DNA of 63,329 nucleotides, counting the filler, from Lenisia limosa (lineage: Eukaryota > Protista > Breviatea), in assembly GCA_001655205.1 (NCBI GenBank). It is 17 parts of 17 records of this genome, joined end to end, with 100 filler letters (N's around TTAATTAATTAA, not from the genome) between each part and the next. Parts side by side here need not be neighbours in the genome. Positions count along the whole stretch, not along the records: positions 16,670 to 24,631 come from LPNZ01005525.1; positions 24,732 to 27,210 come from LPNZ01001513.1; positions 27,311 to 30,439 come from LPNZ01006430.1; positions 30,540 to 31,845 come from LPNZ01002722.1; positions 31,946 to 33,197 come from LPNZ01007608.1; positions 33,298 to 49,195 come from LPNZ01011721.1; 11 more parts are not named here. One strand, 5' to 3'. Below the pieces are notes generated by a model, which worked only from the letters and a program-made list of their open reading frames with translations, made no database searches and had not been told where the DNA came from. The position numbers and the translations under genes were made by a program. Position 1 is the stretch's first letter. Every line of letters begins with the position of its first letter. Shown here in pieces: positions 24,514 through 36,900 of this stretch.

Positions 24514-25474
24514 GTGCTTTGGGGACTGTATTGTGCCGCTATTGGTCAGGCAAAGATTGAGGACTGTATTGTGCCGCTATTTGGTCGGGCAAAGACCGGT
24601 TATGTAATTGCGTTTGTCGGTCAATTCATCCNNNNNNNNNNNNNNNNNNNNNNNNNNNNNNNNNNNNNNNNNNNNTTAATTAATTAANNNNNNNNNNNNN
24701 NNNNNNNNNNNNNNNNNNNNNNNNNNNNNNNATATCGATGCCCCCCCCCCCCATTTATATCCTTCACCTTACCCACCATCAACAGTGAGTTTTGACACTT
24801 TAGCATCCCCTTCATTAGTAACCCTGAAGAGTTAGCTTTAGATCCCTGATTAACCAATAAAGATAGCTCAGATATTCCAGATAAATTGAAGATATTCCAG
24901 ATAGATATTCAAGATCTAGCCAAGATATGAAAAGAACCCTCATGCTTCAAAAAAAAAGCAATTCCCCCCATCAAGCTTACACGAAAGCGGATACCAGACA
25001 CATAAAGCAGAGCACAATAAAGGCGATCATATCTGCTGCTGTCGCTTGTGTTGCTGTTGCTGATGAAAATAATCATGAACTCTCTTGCTGATCTTGGAAG
25101 ATGAAATTATTATCCCATTGTGATCATCTTTTGTGTACCATTTATATAATGCATAGCTATCAATATACATTATTCATGATCTCAAAAAAAACAACATTTT
25201 TATGTTGCTATAACTATTGCAAACATTGTTGATGAATAAAGAAAAACGAATTGCCAGAATAAGGGGGAAGAGGTGGATAAGACGCAATGAGAAATGCAAA
25301 CTCCGAAGCAAGCTCTATCCATGAAGATTTATATGTAGGATAAGGTATGACAGTTCAACCGCCGGATCTTTATAATCCTAGTTTCAAGAGAGCGCAAAAA
25401 AACAGTATAACGTTTTAAATTACTCCCAACAGTTTCGTGGGCCTTCACCCCAAAATATTTATGCAACACTATCT

Positions 25475-25573
25475 TGGGCTTCACTTCGGTTCGAAAAAGA
25501 CCGGTACAATATCGATAGTTTTCGAGGATTTATCGAAAAATTCGGTCTATTTTCGAACCGAAGTGAAGCCCTA
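25475..25573. mobile_element. MITE family A1 (near-consensus)
   Basis: GGGCTTCACTTCGGTTCGAAAAAGACCG...TTTTCGAACCGAAGTGAAGCCCTA. Confidence 0.9.
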
Positions 25574-26458
25574 TTCTACAGAACAAATGGTATCATATCC
25601 TTAGAAAACTGATTACTATTTGGCTAATCATACTCTCTGCTTTCTTTGATTCTTTGATTTTTCTAACACTATCCCAATAAAGCAAAGGATTGGGTGAATT
25701 AATATGATGCCATTATCCAATATCTCTTATAAGCGTGATTGTGTGGACTTCGGACAGATACGACCTGTTTTATTTCTCAAACCTACTAGAATAAGTATTG
25801 ACCGATTTTCCTTGGGAAATCATAGAGCAAATCGGTCAGGACTTATCCCGGTCACTGTATATATACTACCATTTTCCACCACTCATTGAGTGGTGACTGG
25901 TTATTAAAAAGATGAGAAATAAAACCAGGTCGTAACNNNNNNNNNNNNNNNNNNNNNNNNNNNNNNNNNNNNNNNNNNNNNNNNNNNNNNNNNNNNNNNN
26001 NNNNNNNNNNNNNAATCTTCACCAATCAATTACAACTCTGCCAATAGTAATTAAATACATATATTACTCAACTAATTAAGCATATATCATAGTGCATAGT
26101 ATATCAGAGTATAGTTGGTGGGAACCTTCTTACTTTATTGATTGCAGTGCTGGCAGAGAGTTTAACGATCGCTAGCGTTCTTCGAAGTTTTTGTGTCTAT
26201 TTCAGGTCTGTCTTTTAATCTTTTAATGTTGTAAATATGTGAATAGGAAGAGAGAGAGCTGAGGAGGGAAGCGAAAAAGAAGCACGGTATAAAAGCACTT
26301 GGACCAGGGTTTAATAAGTAATTGTTTCGCGAGGAGAAAGCCTCTTTCTTTCTTCATATTCCTTATCACGCCGTAGAGTTTTGTAGTGAAGACGTTTTAT
26401 CCAGAGAATATCCAAAAAAACTGAAGCACCCCGAGTTCCCCCTCATACCCATACGATC

Positions 26459-26989
26459 ATGGTAAAGCAAGCTCCAACAACAAAGCTTGACCTTGGGATC
26501 CCTTGGAATACCTCCGTGGAGTATCAAAAGAAGATGATGGCCCTTCTTATTAGACGTAAGTGTGATGAAGAAGATGTTAACTCAAATCTACTAGAATAGT
26601 CATATGACCGACTTTCGAATCGAAATGATTATGCTTCTTATTGGACATACGTGGAAGGAGGACAAGATAAAACCTTGTTTTATTTCTCTTTACTATCTAT
26701 TGAAGTTTAAAATGATTCGTGCCATTACTTACTACTTACATTACCGAATGTCACAACGCTTGAACTTTACTATCAAAATCTGGGGGTATAGTACAGTAAC
26801 CAAAGAAACAAAATTTTGTTCCAGATAACCAGAGATGCTACAGTTTGTTTTAAGTACACAATAAATGGTTTCGTGCAATTTCTTTCGAAATTACTTTCAA
26901 CTTACGTTACAAAATGCAATGACGTTGCAGTTGGTTTTGACGGCTGCGCCTGGACGGTCAAAGTGGACGGCAACGTCTCCACCCAACAT
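26459..26989 (+). CDS. 5' exons of an unknown protein; last exon resembles a tectonin-type beta-propeller blade
   Basis: MVKQAPTTKLDLGIPWNTSVEYQKKMMALLIR / LPNVTTLELYYQNLG / micro-exon / VGFDGCAWTVKVDGNVSTQH (G-x-D-G-x-x-W-x-V-x-x-x-G-x-V pattern, single blade only). Confidence 0.4.
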
Positions 26990-27021
26990 GTGGGGGTTAC
27001 ATTAGTGTGGTGGTGGTGGGG

Positions 27022-27142
27022 TAGAGCTTCCCTGCGGTCCCAAAAAAGACTGAATTGATCAATAAATTCTCGATAACTATCGATAAATCCTCGATATATA
27101 TCGATATTGTACCAGTCTCTTTCGGACCGTAGGGAAGCCCTA
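27022..27142. mobile_element. MITE family A2 (longer, ~120 bp)
   Basis: TAGAGCTTCCCTGCGGTCC...GGACCGTAGGGAAGCCCTA with an expanded TCGAT-rich interior. Confidence 0.85.
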
Positions 27143-27532
27143 GGTGTGTGTGGGGGGCTATGTATATCATTGGGGGAATTAATATTATACTATAATCCAA
27201 TATCTCTTATNNNNNNNNNNNNNNNNNNNNNNNNNNNNNNNNNNNNNNNNNNNNTTAATTAATTAANNNNNNNNNNNNNNNNNNNNNNNNNNNNNNNNNN
27301 NNNNNNNNNNATGTATGTAGTACGTATCATTGATATTTTCTGCATTCTTTCCAATATCTATTCCCTCTTTTGTCTCTTGTTCAGGACAGGTTTAAATTAA
27401 TATGGCAACTGTGGCGAAAACTCCATTAGTGGCTTTCCATTTTGGCAATTAAATATTGTCCCTTTACGTTACCACATTAACTGTTTTTCTTTCAGCTGTA
27501 CGTCCTCAGGCTTTCCCCCCTTAACTTCTTAG

Positions 27533-28001
27533 GGATCTCTTGAAGGAGGACATTATTACGCATATTGCTTCAACTACAACGGTGAGCTACCGGAGGGGGG
27601 GGGGGTTGACAATATGNNNNNNNNNNNNNNNNNNNNNNNNNNNNNNNNNNNNNNNNNNNNNNNNNNNNNNNNNNNNNNNNNNNNNNNNNNNNNNNNNNNN
27701 NNNNNNNNNNNNNNNNNNNNNNNNNNNNNNNNNNNNNNNNNNNNNNNNNNNNNNNNNNNNNNNNNNNNNNNNNNNNNNNNNNNNNNNNNNNNNNNNNNNN
27801 NNNNNNNNNNNNNNNNNNNNNNNNNNNNNNNNNNNNTTTAGATTAGCCCAAATTCGGAGGAGCAAATATTTCTTACTCGTCATTAGCCCGCCCTTTGCAT
27901 TCCTTCATCCCCTTTCACGCCTCCCTAGACTACAAGTGGAGGGAGTTCAACGACCACCATGTTACAGTCATGGACGAGAAAAACGTTGTCACTGCTAATG
28001 C
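27533..28001 (+). CDS. Ubiquitin-specific protease (USP, peptidase C19), His-box exons
   Basis: Exon 27533-27581 GSLEGGHYYAYCFNYN joins in phase to exon 27929-28001 DYKWREFNDHHVTVMDEKNVVTANA, the G-x-x-x-G-G-H-Y-x-A-Y and W-x-x-F-N-D-x-x-V motifs of USPs. Probable further exons near 28590-28730. Confidence 0.85.
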
Positions 28002-29110
28002 GTTGGGGGGGGGGGTAAAACGAAGGAAATGTCAATGAAGAATATTGGTTCAAAGGTTTAACGAATCAAATAATCTGAAACTCTAAATTAAAATAAAGCA
28101 CAAAGCACAAACAATAACTTCATGGATATATGATATCTCTGTAGTGCAGGGTCCTTACCCCTCCGTCAGATGCTTTCCCCCCCAGNNNNNNNNNNNNNNN
28201 NNNNNNNNNNNNNNNNNNNNNNNNNNNNNNNNNNNNNNNNNNNNNNNNNNNNNNNNNNNNNNNNNNNNNNNNNNNNNNNNNNNNNNNNNNNNNNNNNNNN
28301 NNNNNNNNNNNNNNNNNNNNNNNNNNNNNNNNNNNNNNNNNNNNNNNNNNNNNNNNNNNNNNNNNNNNNNNNNNNNNNNNNNNNGGGGGTAATGTGTGTT
28401 TTTTTTTTGGAGAATAGTCCTAACATCCCACCACCACCTCAGCAGAAGCAACTGGACTGGGCTTATTTGTTGTGTTGTTTTCAACTGTTTTCAACTCTCT
28501 TGTTTATAGTTTATTCTGGGCTTTTTTTTTTTATAGTAAATTGCCACTTTTACCTCCCTTCCACCCCTCATAATAGTCCTAACACCCCACCCCAGAAATG
28601 GAGCTGGCACTTCAGCCGTCATGTGTCGCCCGGAGCACCTCACCGTTCAAAACGCAGGTAGGTTGTACAAACTGACTGACCAATTATCGAGATTCATCCT
28701 ACCAAGTCCCGAACCCCCTCGGGCGTTGTTTTGATTTTGTTCCTGTTTTTGAATCCGTATGTGTAGTTTAACTGTTTTGCAACACAGTCCCCCCTCTAAC
28801 AGTTCAGTTCATGGGAGCAGCCGGAACTATTGAGGAGCTGGTGCCGGACCAAGCCACTCGAGACAAAATCCTGAACTGTGGAAATGTGGGGTTTAAGGGG
28901 GGGGTAAATACGCCAAAGTTGCTTTGAGCTTGCTTGTTTTTGGGATACTGGATACTCTATTGTTTCTCTCCTTGTTTCCAAACCCAAACCAGCATTTACT
29001 CCAGCAGGTTACCCGGGTGCGTATGACGGCAACTCAGAGGCGGAAGCAGCAACGACAGGATGACGAGGCTAGAGAGGCCGATGTGTTGAGAAGGTTTGTG
29101 GGCACAAGAT

Positions 29111-29447
29111 GTCATGACGTCACCATATTTAGCCTGATGTCGTACACAAAATCTTCTATTTTTGTTGCCAACATTTGGCCTCTCCGCGGCCCGATCGCTG
29201 GCCAAATAAAAATACACTAAACTAGAACCAAAAGCAAAGAAGATTTTCTGTACGATATTAGGCTCCATGACGTCATGTGTATATTTTGCACTAAATATTA
29301 TTCACGGTTCTCTTTTTCTTTGAGAAAAAGCAAATAACAGTTTCAAAAAAAGTTTGGTTCGGGCGAAGTGCAAAAATAAACGAAACTGAGCGTGTTTTGG
29401 GGGGGAAAGGGGCAAGAAGTACGTCATGACGTCACCATATTCAGCCT
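29111..29447. promoter_or_regulatory. Candidate promoter with three TGACGTCA (CRE/ATF-type) palindromes
   Basis: GTCATGACGTCACCATATT(T/C)AGCCT at 29111-29135 and 29423-29447 (24/25 identical), plus CATGACGTCATG at ~29267-29278, upstream of plus-strand exons. Confidence 0.4.
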
Positions 29448-29666
29448 CTCCCCTTATCCGTAGTTAGTACTTATTGAAGTTATTTCCTTCCAAAAATCTC
29501 ACTTGGTCTCTTACTCTTCTGTAATTTAGTGAACGTAATAGTGCTCAGAACTAACTTTTTGAGTAGTAACGCACTCTTGCGGCTGCAAACCGCATAACTG
29601 TACTATGAGCTTTTTTACACTCACCACCTCGCCCACATTATTAGAACTCCTGTATTGATACCCCAG

Positions 29667-30302
29667 GAAACGCCTGAAGCCTCAGAAGAAACCCGAAAAT
29701 GTTGTCAATGTTGCTCTGGAGGAAGAGTAGGGGGGGGGGTGAGTAGACACGTGAAAATTCTCTAGTAATGTACATTATCCTGCTCAACACTCTTATCACG
29801 CAATAGTTACAGCAATATCTTCCTGACTCCCTTGTGTGGTGTCAGCCAGCATAATTGATTTGGGCTCTTTTTGTTTCATAAATTTACCAATTTTACCCCC
29901 CCCCCCCCANNNNNNNNNNNNNNNNNNNNNNNNNNNNNNNNNNNNNNNNNNNNNNNNNNNNNNNNNNNNNNNNNNNNNNNNNNNNNNNNNNNNNNNNNNN
30001 NNNNNNNNNNNNNNNNNNNNNNNNNNNNNNNNNNNNNNNNNNNNNNNNNNNNNNNNNNNNNNNNNNNNNNNNNNNNNNNNNNNNNNNNNNNNNNNNNNNN
30101 TTGTCCAATTTAACTCATGGGATTCGGTGTTGTTCTCAACCCTCGTATATTGTCAGCCAATAGAGTTGATTTGGGCTTTTTTTTGTTGTTGTTGTTGTTG
30201 TTGTTGCATTAATTGTCCCATTTTCCTCCCTCACCCCCAGTCCACCAAAAGACAATCAGGGAACCGACAGAGACGAACGGTTCCGAATGATGACTCTGAC
30301 AG
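29667..30302 (+). CDS. Early exons of an unknown gene
   Basis: KRLKPQKKPENVVNVALEEE (29667-29726) and PPKDNQGTDRDERFRMMTLT (30241-30302), with CCCCAG acceptors and GT donors. Confidence 0.5.
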
Positions 30303-30960
30303 GTTTGCTAAATCGGTCACACCCCCTCCTCTTCTATCATATTCCCCACTTTTTTTTAAATTAAGAGAAATAATAAATATAGAAATATAGGGAAACCAAT
30401 AAATACACTCCACTGTCATCACATACACGTGGGATGCGGNNNNNNNNNNNNNNNNNNNNNNNNNNNNNNNNNNNNNNNNNNNNTTAATTAATTAANNNNN
30501 NNNNNNNNNNNNNNNNNNNNNNNNNNNNNNNNNNNNNNNAGGAATAACTGTGGGGGGGAGGGTGTATTTCCTTTTGAACCTGATTTTTCCCCCACAGTCT
30601 TCTCCATCACTCTTCACTCCTTTCTTATCTTCTTCTGCTCACCCAATTCTTTTTGTGTGCTATTTCTGTGTTTTTTTTTAGTTCTAATTTCAACATCAGA
30701 AGTAGGACCCTCTCCCCCACGATTTCGCAAATATTTAGCCAGCTTTTTTTTTTTCTTGCAAATAATCCACCGCTTTTATCCCCACCTCCATTTTGTTGTT
30801 AAATTTACCCCCCCCCCCCNNNNNNNNNNNNNNNNNNNNNNNNNNNNNNNNNNNNNNNNNNNNNNNNNNNNNNNNNNNNNNNNNNNNNNNNNNNNNNNNN
30901 NNNNNNNNNNNNNNNNNNNNNNNNNNNNNNNNNNNNNNNNNNNNNNNNNNNNNNNNNNNN

Positions 30961-31651
30961 ACATGAACTCCGAAAGAGAAATCCTTGTCAAAACCGTAGG
31001 AGCGGGGTTACTTGTTTGTAAAGCAAAGTTGCATTGATTTTGTTTTGATTTACCGCTTTTCTAGTTGTTTGTCTCATTTAGAACAATAAGTCATCCACAT
31101 ACTACATATGATATCTACATAGTACATTTTTGGCATTTACGTTTTTGGATCAGAGAAGCTGCTCGAAAGTGAGAATCTTTCGTGTTTTTCCAGTTATTCT
31201 CACATCTTCCGTGTGATACCCTTCCCCCAGCAGGTACCCAGCCAAAAGTGGTTTTGGATCATTTGCATAAACAATTTGCCTTTACCTTCACACCCCCCCC
31301 CCCCNNNNNNNNNNNNNNNNNNNNNNNNNNNNNNNNNNNNNNNNNNNNNNNNNNNNNNNNNNNNNNNNNNNNNNNNNNNNNNNNNNNNNNNNNNNNNNNN
31401 NNNNNNNNNNNNNNNNNNNNNNNNNNNNNNNNNNNNNNNNNNNNNNNNNGCCAATAATCTACTTCGATGCGGATTATTCCGATATTTATCTAATTTATCT
31501 ATATTTATCTATATTTATCTATTTATCTATATTTATCTATATTAATCTATATTATCAGTAATTTTAAATCGACATATTTCGAGGATTTGTGCTGCAGTTT
31601 CGGTGATGTTGTAGGTGGATCTTCGCTGGGGAGTCCCAAAAGATACTGAGG
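30961..31651 (+). CDS. DUF4062-domain protein fragment (TEP1/NWD1-type NACHT family N-terminus)
   Basis: DMNSEREILVKT (30961-30995) and VDLRWGVPKDTE (31615-31651) match the D-M-x-x-E-R-x-x-L and VDLRWGV motifs; micro-exons in between. Confidence 0.65.
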
Positions 31652-31997
31652 GTGAAGAAACAATCAAAGTGAGTAGTGGCAAAACTATTGTGCTCCAACA
31701 CAGTATCTCACCCTCTTCATTTACCCCCCTTTTTTTTCTCTGAATACTGCCCCCCGCCTTTAAATCTCTTTCATTACTTCCCCCTTTTATCGAAATTTCC
31801 TTCGTTTTACTCCGCCTCCCCCTCCCTTTTCACCCCTTGTTTACTNNNNNNNNNNNNNNNNNNNNNNNNNNNNNNNNNNNNNNNNNNNNTTAATTAATTA
31901 ANNNNNNNNNNNNNNNNNNNNNNNNNNNNNNNNNNNNNNNNNNNNCAGCAACAACCTCCCTCCTCCTCCCCGGAATTATTATCAGATATCATGTGGT

Positions 31998-33197
31998 GTA
32001 ACCTCCCACTCGCTAAAGGCCGAGCCGCCAAAGACTTCAGGCACACATGCCAGGGTAGGGTCGAGATACAGGTCAAGCCCAAGCATTTTGGCCAGTTGCT
32101 TGATGGGATATTGTTGGGGAACCTGGGGGGTAAAATTGGAAAATGAACAAAAAAGGTCCAAAATCAAAAGAGGTGGGGGCAGTAAAATTGGAAAATTTAT
32201 GAAACAAAGACAAATCAACTTTGTTGGCTAACACACGAGGGTTGAGCTTCTGCAGCACCGCACCCCANNNNNNNNNNNNNNNNNNNNNNNNNNNNNNNNN
32301 NNNNNNNNNNNNNNNNNNNNNNNNNNNNNNNNNNNNNNNNNNNNNNNNNNNNNNNNNNNNNNNNNNNNNNNNNNNNNNNNNNNNNNNNNNNNNNNNNNNN
32401 NNNNNNNNNNNNNNNNNNNNNNNNNNNNNNNNNNNNNNNNNNNNNNNNNNNNNNNNAAGACTGAATTCTCGATAGATCCTCGATAAATATCGAGATTTGA
32501 CAGGTGTTTCGGAACCGAAAGGGAAGCTTTACTAAATCTTAGATTGGTTATTGTCCTTCTTCACCCCTCTTTCCAGTCTTACCCAAATCAGCTGTATATA
32601 AAACTAATTTAAGTCCTTTTCCGGNNNNNNNNNNTCAAAGGATTTAAGGCACACTACGGGGTAAAATATGGTGTTGAATGTAGTAGCGTCTTGTCGGGGG
32701 CCAATTAGCTTGGATAAATTATTAATAATAAATTGAAAACTAAATTTTGATTTTGAAGAGGGACATATTTTATGATTCCCAACGGTCCCAAAAAAGACTG
32801 AACTTCTCGATAAACCCTCAATAAATATCGATATTTTACCGGTCTTTTTTTGGACGTAGGGAGGCCTTAGTTTAATGTCAACTTTAATAAAACAAGGATA
32901 TATCTGGCTGAAGCCGTCCACACCATCACGCCAATAAGAGAATATATACCCACCCCTCCCACCAAAAAACAAAACAATTATTACTTGTTCTTTTTGGAGG
33001 TATTTGTTGAAATTGTTTTTGTTTATTATTATCATAAAAATAAACAATAACAAAACAAAACCGATCAATTCAAACACCAGTTCCCCCTCCTACCAGAACA
33101 AGCAGCTTGTACTCCTTGGTGTTAACAGCGTGATAGAGGGCGATGACGGCGGTGATGTCTCGCCTGAGAATGGCTGAGCTGAGGCGAAGAGCAAAGT
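31998..33197 (-). CDS. Multi-exon gene fragment, product unknown
   Basis: FALRLSSAILRRDITAVIALYHAVNTKEYKLL and VPQQYPIKQLAKMLGLDLYLDPTLACVPEVFGGSAFSEWE, with biased codon usage and GT-AG edges. Confidence 0.6.
32775..32869. mobile_element. MITE family A2
   Basis: TTCCCAACGGTCCCAAAAAAGAC...GTCTTTTTTTGGACGTAGGGAGGCCTTA; a second partial copy at 32458-32530. Confidence 0.75.
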
Positions 33198-33904
33198 NNN
33201 NNNNNNNNNNNNNNNNNNNNNNNNNNNNNNNNNNNNNNNNNTTAATTAATTAANNNNNNNNNNNNNNNNNNNNNNNNNNNNNNNNNNNNNNNNNNNNCTC
33301 CTATCAATTAACCTGCCTTTCCATGGTAGGTTATCTAGGCTGGTCATGGTGTGAGACTTGCTTGGGATAAGGTTATATAATACTATTACTATATATGTAT
33401 TTCTAAGTGAAAGTCCATATTTGCAAATGCTACAGATTCCATATTAAACAACGAACAACTAAACTCCTCCTTCCAGCTGAATAAAGAAACATGGCTTTGC
33501 GGCTATAACTCTCTTTTGGGTATTCTTGATCGACTAAACGAATAAATGAATTTTTATTTTTATTTAAATTATTCTTTCCAAAATTGCGCAAGTATTTTTT
33601 TTTTCGTTTTTTATCCCCCCACCTATTTGTTATTCAAACATAAGATTTGAGAAATTTAAATGACTATTGTGACAACGCACATTTTGTATATCGATCATAT
33701 ACTATAATATGATGATATATTTTAATTTAACCTATTTTATTTTAGAATTTTCATTTCTGGACTGTTTTCAATCAAAAACTACTCTGCAGATTTAACTCCG
33801 AAGGTCATTTCAATTACACTTTTTTTTTTTAGTAAAATCAAAAAAGGGACCACCACCTTAAATCAATTACAGTTGGCAAATGCCGTACTTCACATGTGGA
33901 GACA

Positions 33905-36900
33905 TCATCCAATTAGTAATAACGCAACCCACCCTGGACTTGTAGCTGAATAAGCTGCTAGGGCATTGACATCCTCTTGTGTAGAGTGCTTCAGTTGAAA
34001 TATTACATGTTGGTCAGCTGCCAATTGTCGTCGAAGCCCTTGAAGATGAACTTCATATTCATAGAAAAGAAAGCAAACCTTCAATTACCAAAATATACTG
34101 CTGGTTTGCAGCTTCTGATTTGTTGAACTTTTCCTGGATCATATGCTGTACAATGAGAAATAGAGGAAGACTAACCAGCATTGAGGCCTCTTCTTTACTT
34201 CTTGTACACCACAACCTTGATTCAGTATCTCTAAAAAAAAATGAAGCAGCAAAAAACCAACTTTCGGAGGGTTGTTTCTTCAGCCAGACGTCTGCGTAAT
34301 TGTTTAATAATTCCCTGCAACAATGAATGAAATCAATTTATTACTTGAACCAGCCTTATGAAGTAAAACTCCTGATGTGTATATGTATAGACAGTGAAAG
34401 AAACATAATAGTTGATTTTCTAGTTGATTTTACCTGAAATGGACTTTCTGCTTCTCCAGTGTGAGCTGAATAGTCACAACTTTTTAGTCTCTCAATTTCT
34501 TCCAAAGCAGCAGAGTAGTTTGAAAGATGCTGTTCATTTTCACTCTACTTCAGTGACAAAACAAATCATCCAACTTGAAGTTTAGCCACACTGTTTCGAA
34601 GTTTTTCTATCTCTTCATCACTTCGTTTGTTGGCCAACTCAGCTTTCTTTTTTTCGCTACACTCTCAAGCAATTCACTCCTCACCTTGTCAGCTGTCCAA
34701 TAGTGTCTTTCATGTTGCGGACATCAGACTCCACCGCAATGTTCAGCTGGATACTTGCTTCTTTACTAACTTTCATGACATTCCGTACCCGTTCAGTCCT
34801 CCACTGTCAAATTGATGACACATCTTACGTATTCCTTGATTGATGGAACCTCACAGACTCGATGGCATTGAGTGCGGTATCTTTCTCTTCCACTGCTTTC
34901 TCAGTTATCGATTGTTGGCGTGACACTTCAGTGTGGAGTTCAGCCAAGAGATTATCCGCATCTGCTGAGGTCAAAGCAGAGATTTTGGCCTACTTTGAAC
35001 TTTCCTCCTCAGAAGTCCAACTTCATCTTCGGCCCTTTTAGTTTTCTTCTCCTCCTCCTCGATCTTAATTTTCGCGGATTTGGCAACAACTTTTAGTTTC
35101 CTTCGATCTTGTCTAAAAAATAATATAAGATAAAATGCAGGGATTTTTACTTCAACGACTGAATCAAACTTTTGAGTTCCGAAATATCATCAAAAGAAGG
35201 TGAAGATGCTAAATCATAAAATAATTAAACCAAACTAATTGTTTTGGTCTTTGTATCACATTGTTTTATTTCAAGTTCAACTTCCAAACGAGCAGCATCA
35301 GCCTTAACTATGAAAACCAATACAAAAAGCCCACCTTAGCTGCTTCAAGAACTCGAGCGTGGCTCTCTTGACTTGCATTCACACGCTCCTCCATGCGAAT
35401 AATTGTATCTGATAACGTGTTCTATGTCGTTATAAGCATTTCATGGCAGATCAACCTTTTCTGCCTCAGCCACCAATGCCCTTTGTTCAACCCCTCGCAG
35501 TCGACCTTGATACCTGCTGGCCTTCTCTTCAGCCTGAATTTTCCCAAAATAACACTGAAAAGGAGTTGTAACATACGGTTTCCTTGTCACTTTGCGCCAT
35601 ATACGCCATTCTATAGGCATTGTCAGCATCACCTTGAGCTTCAGCGATTGCAACCAAGCTTTTCCTCAACTGAGTTACTGCAGTATCGCAGCGAGCCCTC
35701 TCTTCGTCCAAGGCTACGGTGTAATGGTAAGTAAGGATTACTTTCTGATGAAAGGCGTAACTCTTCTGAGAGTTCTTCGACACTTTCCTCCAACTCAATC
35801 ACCTGGTGACTTGATTCATCCACTGTTGAGTCAGATCAAAAACATCCAACATTCCTTTCGAGTAACTCGCAACTGGGCCTCAAGATGTGCCACTCTCGCA
35901 TTAAGTGAATGAAATCGATTCGTCGAATCTTCTTCTTCTTCTGCAAGCTGAACTCATTAAAAGAAGAAAACGCCAGACCTTTGATGTAAGAGTCTGAAGT
36001 CTTGATAAGATTCTTGTGTTTTCAGCTTTCAATCCGGATGCTTCGCCCATAGCCTGGCCTGCACGAACTTCTGAAGCTGCTAGCTGGTTACGAAGGTCTC
36101 CTACTTCTTGATCACGAAGAAGTCTCTGAAGGTAAATAGATCACTTGATTAACTATGTTAATCAATACCTCCTTATCCACTCGGGCTTCTGCATCGTCTC
36201 TTGCTTTTTCAACATCTTCCCTTCGTGCGGATGACTCCGTAATCAATTTCTCCAAGCCAGCAAACTAGACTATCAGCAGCACCCTCTGGTGAGCCAACCT
36301 CAGATTTGAGCCGTCGGCTTTCACCTTCTGCCTCTAAAGCTCGCTTTTCCGCTGCTTCCCTGAAGGGTAATGCTCTCCAAGAAACGCACCTTTCAATCTC
36401 CATGATGTCCAGCATAGCCTTCACTGCCAAACCTTCCTCATTTAAGCTACTACTTTCAAGTTCTGCCTGTGTAATCTTTACTTCACTAGAAGGTCAACCC
36501 TGCTATTGCTCTACAAACAGAGAAACGAGATTTCGTTGTGCTTTGGCAAGCTGTTCGGTTTTTTCATCAACTTTGCTCTCAAGTTCCTGTTTAATCTTGT
36601 TCATCTCTTCAGTTGAATACGAAAGTTCAGCACTAAGAGACTGACGAATAAGACCCAGTCAAGGGAGTAGTAAACCTGTAGTTCGGCACTCATCAAAGTG
36701 TTTGCCTCATATTGAGCGGTCATATTACTCTTCAAATCTCGTATCTTAAAAATAATTTGACCAAAACAGACAAACCTCAGAATATTGCTTCTCTTTGATT
36801 GCTTGAAGGTTTTCAAATTGGCGTTGAAAATCATCCTGTTCTTTATGAAGCGCTCTAACCCTGGAAATGTCAGAATACGATGATCAAACCTTTCTTTTGA

